DNA of 64,000 nucleotides, taken from the NCBI GenBank assembly GCA_050013935.1, contig JBEKEH010000004.1, positions 6,779 through 70,778 of the forward strand. The letters run 5' to 3'. Origin of the DNA: Gaiellaceae bacterium. GTDB lineage: Bacteria; Actinomycetota; Thermoleophilia; Gaiellales; Gaiellaceae. A program made the position numbers and the translations under genes. Below, one piece after another: positions 1 through 8,579 of this stretch (position 1 is the first letter of the stretch; every line of letters starts with the position of its first letter). A model generated the notes under the pieces. The model was given only the letters and a program-made list of their open reading frames with translations, had not been told where the DNA came from and ran no database searches.

Positions 1-1080
1 GACCTGCGCGAACTCGATCCCGTTCAAACGGCCGCGCAGCGAGTCCGGCGTCAACTGGAGCAGCATCGTCCCGCGCAACACGGCGCTGACGAGGTCGGCG
101 CCGCCCCCGATCGCTAGCAGAAGCAGCGCCAGCCAGAGTCGGTCGGCGAAGCCGAAGGCGGCGATCGCCGCTCCCCAGATCGCCGCCGCGACCGTGACGA
201 CGAGCCCCTGCCGCCGCACGTGGTTGGCCCAGCCGCCGAGCGCGGAGGCGGCCAGCGCGCCGGCCGAGGTCGCCGAGTAGAGATAGCCGACGAGGCTCGG
301 ATCGTGGAAGCGGTGCGTCGCGAGCGCCGGGAAGAGCGCCGTCGGCATGCCGAAGATCATCGCGTTCGTGTCGACGAGCATGAAGCCGAGGATCACCGGC
401 TGCGAGCGGATGTAGCGGAAGCCGTCGATCACCGAGCGCACGCTCGGCCGGCTCTCCTCCGCCGCTGGCTTGAGCGGCGGCAGCCGCCAGACGGCCGCGA
501 GCGTCGCGAAGAACGTGACCGTGTCGATCGCGTAGGCGGTCGTGAGACCCGCGGTCCCGATGATCACGCCGGCGAGCGCGGGCCCCGCGACCGCGCCGAG
601 GCTCGAGATGAGGCTGTTGAGGTTGTTCGCCGCCGCGAGCTGGTCGTCGGCGACGAGCCGGGGCAGCAGCGCGCCCTGCGCGCCGATGCCGAACGAGAAC
701 GCGCACGCGTCGACGAGCGTGCAGAGGAAGCACGGCCAGACCTGCGGGTGCGGGAGCGCAGCATTCGCGAGCGCGATCGCAGCGCCGACGATCATCCCGC
801 TCTGCTGGAGGAGCATCAGCCGGCGCCGGTCGAACACGTCGGCGAACGCGCCGCCGACGAGCGTCAAGGTGAGCAGCGGCACGAGCTGTGCGAGCGCGAG
901 CAGGCCGACGTCGAGCGTCGAGCCGGTGAGGGCGTAGACCTGGTAGGAGAGCGCGACGTAGCCGACCTCGCTGCCGATGAACGAGACCGCCTGCGCGAGC
1001 CACAGCCTGCGGAACGCCGGCGACCGGCGCAGCGGGCCGAGGTCGAGCTTGAGGCGGCTCCAGAGCTCCCGGATGCTCAT
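1..1080 (-). CDS. MFS transporter (EntS/DUF894-like), C-terminus runs off the window
   Basis: Not in the ORF track because it is truncated by the window edge. My minus-strand translation from ATG 1080 reads MSIRELWSRLKLDLGPLRRSPAFRRLWLAQAVSFIGSEVGYVALSYQVYALTGSTLDVGLLALAQLVPLL... It is TM-rich and clearly paralogous to the next gene. ATGA overlap with the stop of 1077..2345. Confidence 0.8.
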   Translation of the reverse strand, partial: MSIRELWSRLKLDLGPLRRSPAFRRLWLAQAVSFIGSEVGYVALSYQVYALTGSTLDVGLLALAQLVPLLTLTLVGGAFADVFDRRRLMLLQQSGMIVGAAIALANAALPHPQVWPCFLCTLVDACAFSFGIGAQGALLPRLVADDQLAAANNLNSLISSLGAVAGPALAGVIIGTAGLTTAYAIDTVTFFATLAAVWRLPPLKPAAEESRPSVRSVIDGFRYIRSQPVILGFMLVDTNAMIFGMPTALFPALATHRFHDPSLVGYLYSATSAGALAASALGGWANHVRRQGLVVTVAAAIWGAAIAAFGFADRLWLALLLLAIGGGADLVSAVLRGTMLLQLTPDSLRGRLNGIEFAQV

Positions 1081-2345
1081 CGTCTCCGGAGCCCGGCTGC
1101 GTCGTAGCGCAGAAGCACCGGGAAGCACGCGACGACCGCGAGCGTGCCGAGGACGCAGCCGATCCCGCCGGAGACGATCGAGAAGCGGAGGTTCGTCAGC
1201 GAGGCGACGACGCCCGCCTCGAGGTTGCCGAGCGACGGCGTGCTCGCCACCTGCGCGAACTCGATCCCGCCGAGGCGGCCGCGCATGTGGTCAGGCGTCA
1301 CGGTCAGGACGATCGTCGAGCGGAAGATGGCGCTCACCTGGTCGGCCGCGCCGGCGAGGCCGAGCAGGACGAGGCCGACCCAGAGCGAGCGCGTGAGCCC
1401 GAAGGCGGCGATGAACACTCCCCAGCCCGACGCGGAGACGACGATCGCGACACCCTGCCGGCGGACGCGGGACGCCCAGCCGGAGAGGACCGAGATCAGG
1501 AAAGCCCCCACCGCCGGCGCGGCGAAGAGGTAGCCGACCGAGGCCGGGTTGCTGAAGACGTGCTGCGCGAGCGCGGGGAAGAGCGAGCTCGGCATCCCGA
1601 AGAGCATCGCGAGCGAGTCGATCAGGAAGAAGCCGAGCACGACGTGCTGCGTGGCGACGTAGCGGAAGCCGTCGGCGATCGAGCCCAGCGTCAGGCGGGG
1701 CGCGCCCTCCTCCGGCGGCACCGGCGGGATCTCGCGCACGGTGGCCGTCGCAACGAGCATCCCGGCCAGCGAGATGCCGTAGGTCGCCGGCAGCCCGATC
1801 GCGCCGATGAGCACACCGGCGATCGCGGGGCCGGCCACGAGCCCGAGGTTGTTGTAGAGGCCGTTGAGCGCCGCGGCGGCGGGAAGCTGGTCGAGCGGGA
1901 CGAGGCGCGGCGTGAGCGACCGGACGGCGCCCGACCCGAGCGAGAAGGCCGACCAGGCGAGGAAGCCGAGCACGAAGACCACGCCGACGTTCGTGCGCTG
2001 CGGCAGCGAGACGAGGACGAACGCGCCCGTGACGGCGGCCACCGCGACGTTGCTCAGCAGCAGGACCCTGCGCCGGTCGTGCGAGTCCGCGAGCGCGCCG
2101 CCGACGATCGTCAGCACGACGAGCGGCACGAACTGCGTCAGCGCCAGCAGGCCGACGGCGAGCGTGGAGCCCGTCAGCCGGTAGACCTGCACCGGCACGA
2201 GGACCAGCATCATCCGCCAGGCGACGTAGGCGATCGCCTGCCCGGCCCAGAGCCGCCGGAAGCCGGGCGACGAGCGCAGCGGCGTCACGTCGACCGCCAG
2301 GCGCGCGAGCAGCGACGGCCGGGCCACCTGCTCCGCAGGGATCAA
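1077..2345 (-). CDS. MFS transporter (EntS/DUF894-like)
   Basis: ORF 1077..2654 trimmed: the first ~100 aa are Arg/Gly/Pro-rich and overlap the upstream gene. TTG 2345 gives a TTGA overlap with the stop of 2342..2698 (GTG 2327 is an alternative). Body: SPGFRRLWAGQAIAYVAWRMMLVLVPVQVYRLTGSTLAVGLLALTQFVPLVV..., multi-TM. Confidence 0.85.
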   Translation of the reverse strand: MIPAEQVARPSLLARLAVDVTPLRSSPGFRRLWAGQAIAYVAWRMMLVLVPVQVYRLTGSTLAVGLLALTQFVPLVVLTIVGGALADSHDRRRVLLLSNVAVAAVTGAFVLVSLPQRTNVGVVFVLGFLAWSAFSLGSGAVRSLTPRLVPLDQLPAAAALNGLYNNLGLVAGPAIAGVLIGAIGLPATYGISLAGMLVATATVREIPPVPPEEGAPRLTLGSIADGFRYVATQHVVLGFFLIDSLAMLFGMPSSLFPALAQHVFSNPASVGYLFAAPAVGAFLISVLSGWASRVRRQGVAIVVSASGWGVFIAAFGLTRSLWVGLVLLGLAGAADQVSAIFRSTIVLTVTPDHMRGRLGGIEFAQVASTPSLGNLEAGVVASLTNLRFSIVSGGIGCVLGTLAVVACFPVLLRYDAAGLRRR

Positions 2346-2698
2346 AACAGGTGCTCTGGCTCCGGCGGCCCCGCCGTCTTCTCGAGCACCCGGCGCGCCC
2401 GGCGGCCGAGGTCGCCGAGGTCGACGCGACCCTCCTCGACCGCGGTCGCGAGCCGCTCGGCGAGGTCGAGCGCCTCGTCGAGCACGGGGCTTGTGTCCGC
2501 GTCCTGCCCCATCTCGGCGAGGATCGTCCGCTCGGTGCGCGAGGCGACGATCGGTTCCGGCACGCCCTCCACCCACACGCGCGTCCGGCGGCCGTGGCCC
2601 CGCTCGCCCCGCTCGAGCGGCTCGAGCAGGTAGATACGGTCCGTGCGCGCCCACTTGCCGAAGCCGAGGAAAACCATGCGCGGCGACCGATCCGCCAT
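2342..2698 (-). CDS. small DUF370/RemA-like protein with acidic C-terminal tail (tentative)
   Basis: ORF 2342..2698. MVFLGFGKWARTDRIYLLEP...GHGRRTRVWVEGVPEPIVASRTERTI resembles the RemA/DUF370 core (GFGN...GRRTR...) recalled from memory. The middle is shorter and a ~55 aa tail is added. Confidence 0.55.
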   Translation of the reverse strand: MADRSPRMVFLGFGKWARTDRIYLLEPLERGERGHGRRTRVWVEGVPEPIVASRTERTILAEMGQDADTSPVLDEALDLAERLATAVEEGRVDLGDLGRRARRVLEKTAGPPEPEHLF

Positions 2699-2707
2699 GA
2701 GCGGAAG

Positions 2708-3052
2708 CTACTCCAAGTAGGTGTCGGCGTGCGAGTAGGGCGGCGCGCAGCAGCAGAGGATGCGCAGCTCGCTCGAGCCGTCGTTTTCGAGCGTGTGCCA
2801 GGCGCCTGCCGGAATCAGGACCGCGTCGCCGGGCCGCACGCGCCGTGTGTCGCCGTCGACCTCCATCGCGCCGGAGCCCTTCAGGACGAAGTAGATCTCC
2901 TCCGTGGCGCGGTGATAGTGGCGCTCCGTGGCCTCCCCGGGCTCGAGCGTCGCCTCGGCGAGGCTCTGCGCCTCCGTGTGGTGGAGCTCGCGGATCGTCG
3001 AGCCGTCCTTCGTCGTGAACGGCTCGGCGGCGTTGAGCGAGCTGACCTTCAT
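2708..3052 (-). CDS. cupin domain protein
   Basis: ORF 2708..3346 trimmed to MKVSSLNAAEPF... (114 aa). Cupin motifs: ERHYHRATEEIYFVLKGSG and GDAVLIPAGAWHTLEN. ATGA overlap with the DegT stop at 3049. Confidence 0.8.
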   Translation of the reverse strand: MKVSSLNAAEPFTTKDGSTIRELHHTEAQSLAEATLEPGEATERHYHRATEEIYFVLKGSGAMEVDGDTRRVRPGDAVLIPAGAWHTLENDGSSELRILCCCAPPYSHADTYLE

Positions 3053-4170
3053 CGCAGCACGCCCGCCAGCACTTCGGCCACGCGCTCCTGCGCGTCGCGC
3101 TCGAGCGCGGTGAAGAACGGGAGCGCCAGCGTGCGCGAGCTCGCGTCCTCCGACACGGGGCACATCCCCTCGCGGAAGCCGTAGCGCTCGCGCATGTACG
3201 GCTGCAGGTGGATCGACGGCAGGTAGCGGTTGTAGCCGATCCCCTCGCGCTCGAGGTGCGCGATCGCGCGCTCGCGCGTCTCGTTGTCGGGAAGCTTCAC
3301 GACGTAGACGAACCAAGACCGCCGGTGCTCTCCATCGTCGGAGCAAGGCAGTTCAATTCCGTTTACGCCGCTCAGGAGCTCCGCATAGCGCTTCGCGACT
3401 CCGTCGCGAAGCGCGAGAATGTCGTCGAGCTTCTCGAGCTGCCCGAGGCCGAGCGCGGCGCGCACGTCGTCGATGCGGTAGTTGAAGCCGAGCCGGACAT
3501 GCTCGAGCCAGCCGCCGCTGTCGCTGCGGCCCTGGTTGCGCAGTGAGCGCAGCAGCCGCCACTCCTCCTCGGAGTGCGTCGTCACGATCCCGCCCTCGCC
3601 CGTCGTGATCTGCTTGTTCGGGTAGAAGGCGAAGACGGCGCTCGGGCCGTGCGCGCCGAGCCGTACGCCCTTGTACTCGGCGCCGAGCGCCTCGCACGAG
3701 TCCTGGATCAGCGCCAGGCCGTGCCGCGCCGCGATCGCCCGCAGCTCGTCCAGCTCGCATGGGTAGCCGTAGATGTCGACTGCGACGATCGCCGTCGTGC
3801 GCGGCGTCACCGCCGCCTCGACCGCCGAGGGGTCGAGGTTCAGCGTGCGCGGGTCGACGTCGGCGAACACGGGCACGCCGCCCTCGTAGATGAAGCAGTT
3901 CGCGGTCGCGGCGAACGAGTACGGCGTCGTGACCACCTCGTCCCCCGGCTGGATCCCGGCCGAGATGCAGAGCAGGTGCAGGCCCGCCGTCCCCGACGAC
4001 ACGGCGGCCGCGTACGGCGCGCCGACCTGCGCCGCGAAGGCCTCTTCGAAGCGGTCGATCGTCGGTCCGAGCGAGAGCCGGCCCGAACGGAGCACTTCGA
4101 GCACGAGCTCCTCCTCGCGCGCGTCGAGATACGGCCCCGAGAGCGGGACCGGTCTCACTTTCTGCTTCAC
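3049..4170 (-). CDS. DegT/DnrJ/EryC1/StrS family PLP aminotransferase
   Basis: C-terminal 373 aa of ORF 3049..4851: SGPYLDAREEELVLEVLRSGRLSLGPTIDRFEEAFAAQVG...FYPNKQITTGEGGIV (Lys in the PNKQ context). GTG 4170 forms a GTGA overlap with the ilvE stop. Confidence 0.9.
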   Translation of the reverse strand: MKQKVRPVPLSGPYLDAREEELVLEVLRSGRLSLGPTIDRFEEAFAAQVGAPYAAAVSSGTAGLHLLCISAGIQPGDEVVTTPYSFAATANCFIYEGGVPVFADVDPRTLNLDPSAVEAAVTPRTTAIVAVDIYGYPCELDELRAIAARHGLALIQDSCEALGAEYKGVRLGAHGPSAVFAFYPNKQITTGEGGIVTTHSEEEWRLLRSLRNQGRSDSGGWLEHVRLGFNYRIDDVRAALGLGQLEKLDDILALRDGVAKRYAELLSGVNGIELPCSDDGEHRRSWFVYVVKLPDNETRERAIAHLEREGIGYNRYLPSIHLQPYMRERYGFREGMCPVSEDASSRTLALPFFTALERDAQERVAEVLAGVLR

Positions 4171-5093
4171 GCCTTCGTGCGACTGGGCGCGTACTCGAGC
4201 CACTGCGCCCACCGCTCCGTGCGGCCGTTCGCCGTGTCGAGGTACGCCTGCTGGATCTCGGTCGTGATCGGCCCGGGCGGTCCGACGACGTGGTCGTCGA
4301 CCTCGCGGATCGGCGTCACCTCGGCGGCGGTGCCGCACATGAACACCTCGTCCGCGAGGTAGAGGTCGGTGCGGATGAGCGGCTTCTCGACGACGCGATA
4401 GCCGAGATCCTGCGCGATCTGGATCACCGAGTCTCGCGTGATGCCGACGAGGATCGAGGCCGAGAGGTCGGGCGTGTAGAGGACGCCTTCGCGGACGATG
4501 AAGATGCTCTCGCCCGAGCCGTCCGCGATCGTGCCCTCGGCGGTGAGCAGGATCGCCTCGTCGTAGCCGGCGCGGTTGGCCTCGCCGACCGCGAGCATCG
4601 AGTTGAGGTAGACCCCGGTCGCCTTCGCGACGTGCGGGATGACGTTCGGGCCGACGCGCTGCCAGCTCGAGACCTTGACGCGGATCCCGTTGCGCAGACC
4701 TTCCTCGCCGAGATACGCGCCCCAGGGCCACGCCATGATCGCGACGTCGACCGGGTTGTCGCGTGCCGAGACGCCGAGCTGGCCGTAGCCGTAGAAGGCG
4801 ATCGGGCGCAGGTAGCACGAGGGGAGCTCGTTCACGCCGATCAGGTCCCACGTCGCCGCCTTCAACTCGTCCTGGGAGTACGGCAGCTCCATGTAGAGGA
4901 GCTTCGCCGAGCGCTCGAGCCGCTCGAGGTGCTCGCTGAGCCGAAAGACGGCCGTTCCCTTGGGGGTCTCGTACGCGCGGATGCCTTCGAACACGCCCGA
5001 TCCGTAGTGCAGCCCGTGCACGCCGACATGCACCGTCGCGTCGGCCCAGTCGACGAGCTCGCCGTTCATCCAGATCTTGCTTGTCTCCTCCAT
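4167..5093 (-). CDS. ilvE: branched-chain amino acid aminotransferase
   Basis: ORF 4167..5129 trimmed to MEETSKIWMNGELVDWADATVHVGVHGLHYGSGVFEGIRAY... Preceded by AGGAG with a 7-nt spacer. Confidence 0.93.
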   Translation of the reverse strand: MEETSKIWMNGELVDWADATVHVGVHGLHYGSGVFEGIRAYETPKGTAVFRLSEHLERLERSAKLLYMELPYSQDELKAATWDLIGVNELPSCYLRPIAFYGYGQLGVSARDNPVDVAIMAWPWGAYLGEEGLRNGIRVKVSSWQRVGPNVIPHVAKATGVYLNSMLAVGEANRAGYDEAILLTAEGTIADGSGESIFIVREGVLYTPDLSASILVGITRDSVIQIAQDLGYRVVEKPLIRTDLYLADEVFMCGTAAEVTPIREVDDHVVGPPGPITTEIQQAYLDTANGRTERWAQWLEYAPSRTKA

Positions 5094-5149
5094 CGGAACT
5101 CTCCTCGGGTCGGGCGGGACGCGTCTCATCGTACCCGTGCCGACTGCGG

Positions 5150-5629
5150 TCAGCCCTCCGCGAGATCGCCGACCTCCGCCCGAGTCAAGTGCGCGAGATC
5201 GAGCGGTGAGAGGCCGGCCATGTGACGCGTCGAGCCGGCGCCGATCCAGACCGTCTCGTGACGCAGCAGCTCTCGCTCGAGCAGGACGCGCGACACGTGC
5301 GGCGCAGGGAACGGCGCCACCGCTCCCGGCTCGAAGCCGGTCGCGGCGAGCACCTCCTCGGGGCTTGCCACTCGGCCGGCCTGCGCTTCGGCCGCCACCG
5401 CGACCTTCGCCGGGTCCGCGCGCCGGTCGCCCGGGAGCAGCGCGAGCACGGGCACCCCGTCGCAGACGAAGACGATCGACTTCACGATCTCCGCCGGCTC
5501 ACAGCCGATCGCATCCGCCGCGGCGGCCGCCGTCGGCGTGCCCGCCGAGAACTCCTCGAGGCGGGCGTCGACCGCCTGCTGCCGCAGCACGGCCGCGACG
5601 CGCTCGACCGGCTCCGGCCAGGGATCCAT
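5150..5629 (-). CDS. YbaK/prolyl-tRNA editing domain (aminoacyl-tRNA deacylase) protein
   Basis: ORF 5150..5629: ...GCEPAEIVKSIVFVCDGVPVLALLPGDRRADPAKV...ETVWIGAGSTRHMAGL. TACGCT hexamer (plus coordinates 5636..5641), then 6 nt, then the ATG. Confidence 0.85.
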   Translation of the reverse strand: MDPWPEPVERVAAVLRQQAVDARLEEFSAGTPTAAAAADAIGCEPAEIVKSIVFVCDGVPVLALLPGDRRADPAKVAVAAEAQAGRVASPEEVLAATGFEPGAVAPFPAPHVSRVLLERELLRHETVWIGAGSTRHMAGLSPLDLAHLTRAEVGDLAEG

Positions 5630-5837
5630 TCGACGAGCGTAACCCGGCCGTGACCGCGCGTCCGCAGCGTACGTCGAGGCCGCAGGCTAACGCGGCCGTA
5701 GGCGCGTTAGCCGAAGGCGAATACACGCGGCCGGGGACGCTTCAGCGCCACCGGCCGCGCCGCGGAACACTGCCGCCCCGCGCGACAAGAGGACGACGGC
5801 TCCGCCGCCGTCCGCTCTGCGGAGCACATCCTCGATC

Positions 5838-5862
5838 GCGCTCTGAGCGCAGCTCAGAGCGC
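5838..5862 (-). terminator. hairpin overlapping the serA stop codon (candidate terminator)
   Basis: GCGCTCTGAGC-gca-GCTCAGAGCGC: perfect 11-bp stem, 3-nt loop. The serA TGA (5854..5856) lies in one arm. Confidence 0.5.
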
Positions 5863-7425
5863 GAGGAAGCGGGTGTCGTCGAAGCCCTCGCTGCGGGCCC
5901 GCTCCACCAGCTCGGGTGGCGGCGGCGAGTCGACGGAGAGCACCATCAGCGCCTTGCCGCCGCGACGCGAGCGCGAGACCGTCATGTTCGCGATGTTCAC
6001 GCCGGCTTCGCCGAACAGCGTGCCGACGCGGCCGATCACGCCGGGCACGTCGTCGTAGCGGAAGAGCACGAGCAGCGGCGCCAGCTCGAGGTCGAGGTCG
6101 AAGCCGAGCGCGCTCACCAGCCATTGGCGGTGCTCGCTTCCGATCGTCGTGCCCGCGACGCGCACCCGCTCCTCGCCGGTGCGGATCTCGACGCGCAGGA
6201 GGTTCGTGTAGTCGCGCGCGGACTGCGAGCGCTCCTCGCGCACCTCGATCCCGCGCTCGCGGGCGATCAGCGGCGCGTTCACGTAGTTCACCGGCCGGTC
6301 CACTCTGCCCTGGAAGGCCCCGTTGAGCGCGGCCACGGTGAGCAGGCGCGTGTCGTAGTCGGCGAGGCCGCCGTAGGCGGTGAGCACGATCTCGTCCGCC
6401 TTCCCTTCCGAGAGCTCCATCGCCAGCCGGCCGAGCTTCGCGGCGAGCGGAATGTAGGGGCCGAGCACCTCGATGTCCTCGGGGCCGACCACGGGAATGT
6501 TGACCGCGTTCGTGACGAGGCCGCCCTCGAGTGCGGCCGCGACCTGCTCCGCGACGATGAGGCCGGCGCGGTCCTGCGCCTCGCCGGTGGAGGCGGCGAG
6601 GTGCGGCGTCACGACGACGTTGTCGAGCTCGAGCAGCGGCCCCGAGTACGGCTCGGAGGAGAAGACGTCGAGCGCGGCGCCGGCGACCTTGCCGGAGCGC
6701 AGCGCGTCGAGCAGCGCGTCCTCGTCGACGAGCTCGCCCCGCGCAGCGTTGACGACGCGAACGCCGTTGCGCATCTGCGCGAAGGCGGCAGCGTCGAGCG
6801 TGCCGCGCGTCTCCGGCGTGAGCGGCAGGTGCAGCGTGAGGAAGTCGGCGACGGCGTAGACGTCCCCGCACGTCTCCTCGCGCTCGACGCCCAGCTCGCG
6901 GAAGCGGTCGACCGCCACGAACGGGTCATACGCGACGACGCGCATGCCCAGGCCGGCCGCGCGCCTCGCCACCTGCTGGCCGATCCGGCCGAAGCCGAGC
7001 ACGCCGAGCGTCTTGCCGGCAAGCTCGATGCCGCCGTACGCCTTGCGCTCCCAGCGGCCCTGCTTGAGCGCCGCGTGCGCCTGCGGGATGTTGCGCGCGA
7101 GCGCGACGAGCAGCCCGATCGTGTGCTCGGATGCGGAGACGACCGTGGACTCCGGCGCGTTCGCGACGACGATGCCGCGCCGCGTCGCCGCCTCGACGTC
7201 GACGTTGTCCACACCGACCCCGGCGCGCCCGATCACCTTCAGGTTGACGGCGCGCTCGATCAGGTCGGCGGTGAGCTTCGTCGCCGAGCGCACGACGATC
7301 GCGTCGTAGCGGCCGATGATCTCCTCGAGCACGCTGTCGGCGTCGACGTCGACGTCGAAGCGCTCGCGCAGCAGGTCGACGCCGGCGTCGGCGATCGACT
7401 CGCGGACGAGGACCTTCGCCGTCAC
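5854..7425 (-). CDS. serA: D-3-phosphoglycerate dehydrogenase
   Basis: C-terminal 523 aa of the 1713-aa ORF 5854..10995: VTAKVLVRESIADAGVDLLRERF...GKTLGVLGFGRIGQQVARRA...ACT-like tail. GTG 7425 forms a GTGA overlap with the upstream stop. Confidence 0.95.
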   Translation of the reverse strand: MTAKVLVRESIADAGVDLLRERFDVDVDADSVLEEIIGRYDAIVVRSATKLTADLIERAVNLKVIGRAGVGVDNVDVEAATRRGIVVANAPESTVVSASEHTIGLLVALARNIPQAHAALKQGRWERKAYGGIELAGKTLGVLGFGRIGQQVARRAAGLGMRVVAYDPFVAVDRFRELGVEREETCGDVYAVADFLTLHLPLTPETRGTLDAAAFAQMRNGVRVVNAARGELVDEDALLDALRSGKVAGAALDVFSSEPYSGPLLELDNVVVTPHLAASTGEAQDRAGLIVAEQVAAALEGGLVTNAVNIPVVGPEDIEVLGPYIPLAAKLGRLAMELSEGKADEIVLTAYGGLADYDTRLLTVAALNGAFQGRVDRPVNYVNAPLIARERGIEVREERSQSARDYTNLLRVEIRTGEERVRVAGTTIGSEHRQWLVSALGFDLDLELAPLLVLFRYDDVPGVIGRVGTLFGEAGVNIANMTVSRSRRGGKALMVLSVDSPPPPELVERARSEGFDDTRFLAL

Positions 7426-8570
7426 GGCACTCTGGCGTGCTCGTACGCCTCGAGCGCCGCGGTCACGGCGGCGCCGCGCTCGACGTCCGCCCCGAGCTCC
7501 GCGAGGACGAGCTCGACGGCGGCGAGCGCCGTCGTGATGTCGAACACATCGAACCAGCCGATGTGGCCGAGGCGGAAGATCTTGCCGCGGAGATGGCCCT
7601 GGCCGTTCGCGATCGTCATCCCGAAGTGCCTCCGCACCCCGGCGACGACATCGCCGGAGTCGATCCCCTCGGGCACGCGGATCGCGGTCACGACCGCGCT
7701 GCGGTCGTCGTCGGGGGAGAAGAGCTCGAGCCCCATCGCCTTCGCGCCCGCACGGCAGGCGCGGCCGAGGCGGGCGTGACGCGCGAACGCCGCCTCGAGC
7801 CCCTCGTCGAAGATCAGCCCGAGTGCGACGTCGAGCGCGACGATGAGCGAGGTTGCAGGCGTGAACGGCGCGTCGAGCTTCGCCTGCGCCTTCTGCGTCC
7901 TTGCCCAGTCGAGGTAGAAGCTGCGCGACGGCTTCGCGACGGCGAGCGCCTGCGGCGAGACCGCGCAGAGCGCGAGCCCCGGCGGCGTCATCAGCGCCTT
8001 CTGCGAGCCGGATACGACCGCGTCGAGCCCCCAGGCGTCCATCTCCAGCGGCACCGCGCCGAGGCTCGAGATGGCGTCCACCGCCACCACGGCGCCGGCC
8101 TCCTTCGCCACAGCGGCGAGCTCCACCAGGTCGGACACGACGCCGGTCGACGTCTCGGAGTGGGTCAGGAAGACGACGTCCGCCCCGCCGAGCTCCCGCA
8201 AACGCGCGGCGACCTCCTGCGCGCGGGGCGCGTCGCCCCACTCGTAGCGCATCGGCTCGACCGTGGCGCCGTACAGTGCGGCGATCTGCTCCCAGCGCTC
8301 GCCGAAGTACCCGGCGGAGACGACGAGCGCGCGCGTCCCCTCGGCGCAGAGGTTCGCGCACACGGACTCCATCGCCGCGGTCCCGGAGGCGGTGAAGAGG
8401 AGCACGTCGGACTCGGTCCGGTAGACCGCGCGCAGCCGGGCCAGGCAGCGCTCGAAGATCGGCCTGAAGTCGGCGCCGCGATGGTGGAGCACCGGCTCGG
8501 CGAGCGCCGCGAGCACCTGCGGCGGCACAGGCGTCGGCCCGGGGGTGAACAGGTACCTCTTCTGCACCAT
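7422..8570 (-). CDS. class-V aminotransferase (serine-glyoxylate / phosphoserine aminotransferase-like)
   Basis: ORF 7422..8570: MVQKRYLFTPGPTPVPPQVLAAL...VSGSQKALMTPPGLA (PLP Lys context). Coupled to serA. Confidence 0.9.
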   Translation of the reverse strand: MVQKRYLFTPGPTPVPPQVLAALAEPVLHHRGADFRPIFERCLARLRAVYRTESDVLLFTASGTAAMESVCANLCAEGTRALVVSAGYFGERWEQIAALYGATVEPMRYEWGDAPRAQEVAARLRELGGADVVFLTHSETSTGVVSDLVELAAVAKEAGAVVAVDAISSLGAVPLEMDAWGLDAVVSGSQKALMTPPGLALCAVSPQALAVAKPSRSFYLDWARTQKAQAKLDAPFTPATSLIVALDVALGLIFDEGLEAAFARHARLGRACRAGAKAMGLELFSPDDDRSAVVTAIRVPEGIDSGDVVAGVRRHFGMTIANGQGHLRGKIFRLGHIGWFDVFDITTALAAVELVLAELGADVERGAAVTAALEAYEHARVP

Positions 8571-8579
8571 CCCCCGAGC

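Noticed and set aside
220-1107. 295-aa plus-strand ORF at the window start.
   Set aside because: It lies antisense to the truncated MFS gene. Its composition is extremely rich in Arg, Glu and Asp.
5630-5837. About 200 nt of non-coding sequence between serA and ybaK with a 10-bp hairpin (GGCTAACGCG...CGCGTTAGCC, 5685..5712). Considered as a possible riboswitch or sRNA.
   Set aside because: No recognisable conserved motif. A serA terminator hairpin (5838..5862) and a ybaK leaderless -10 already account for the two ends. The remainder is unexplained but unsupported.
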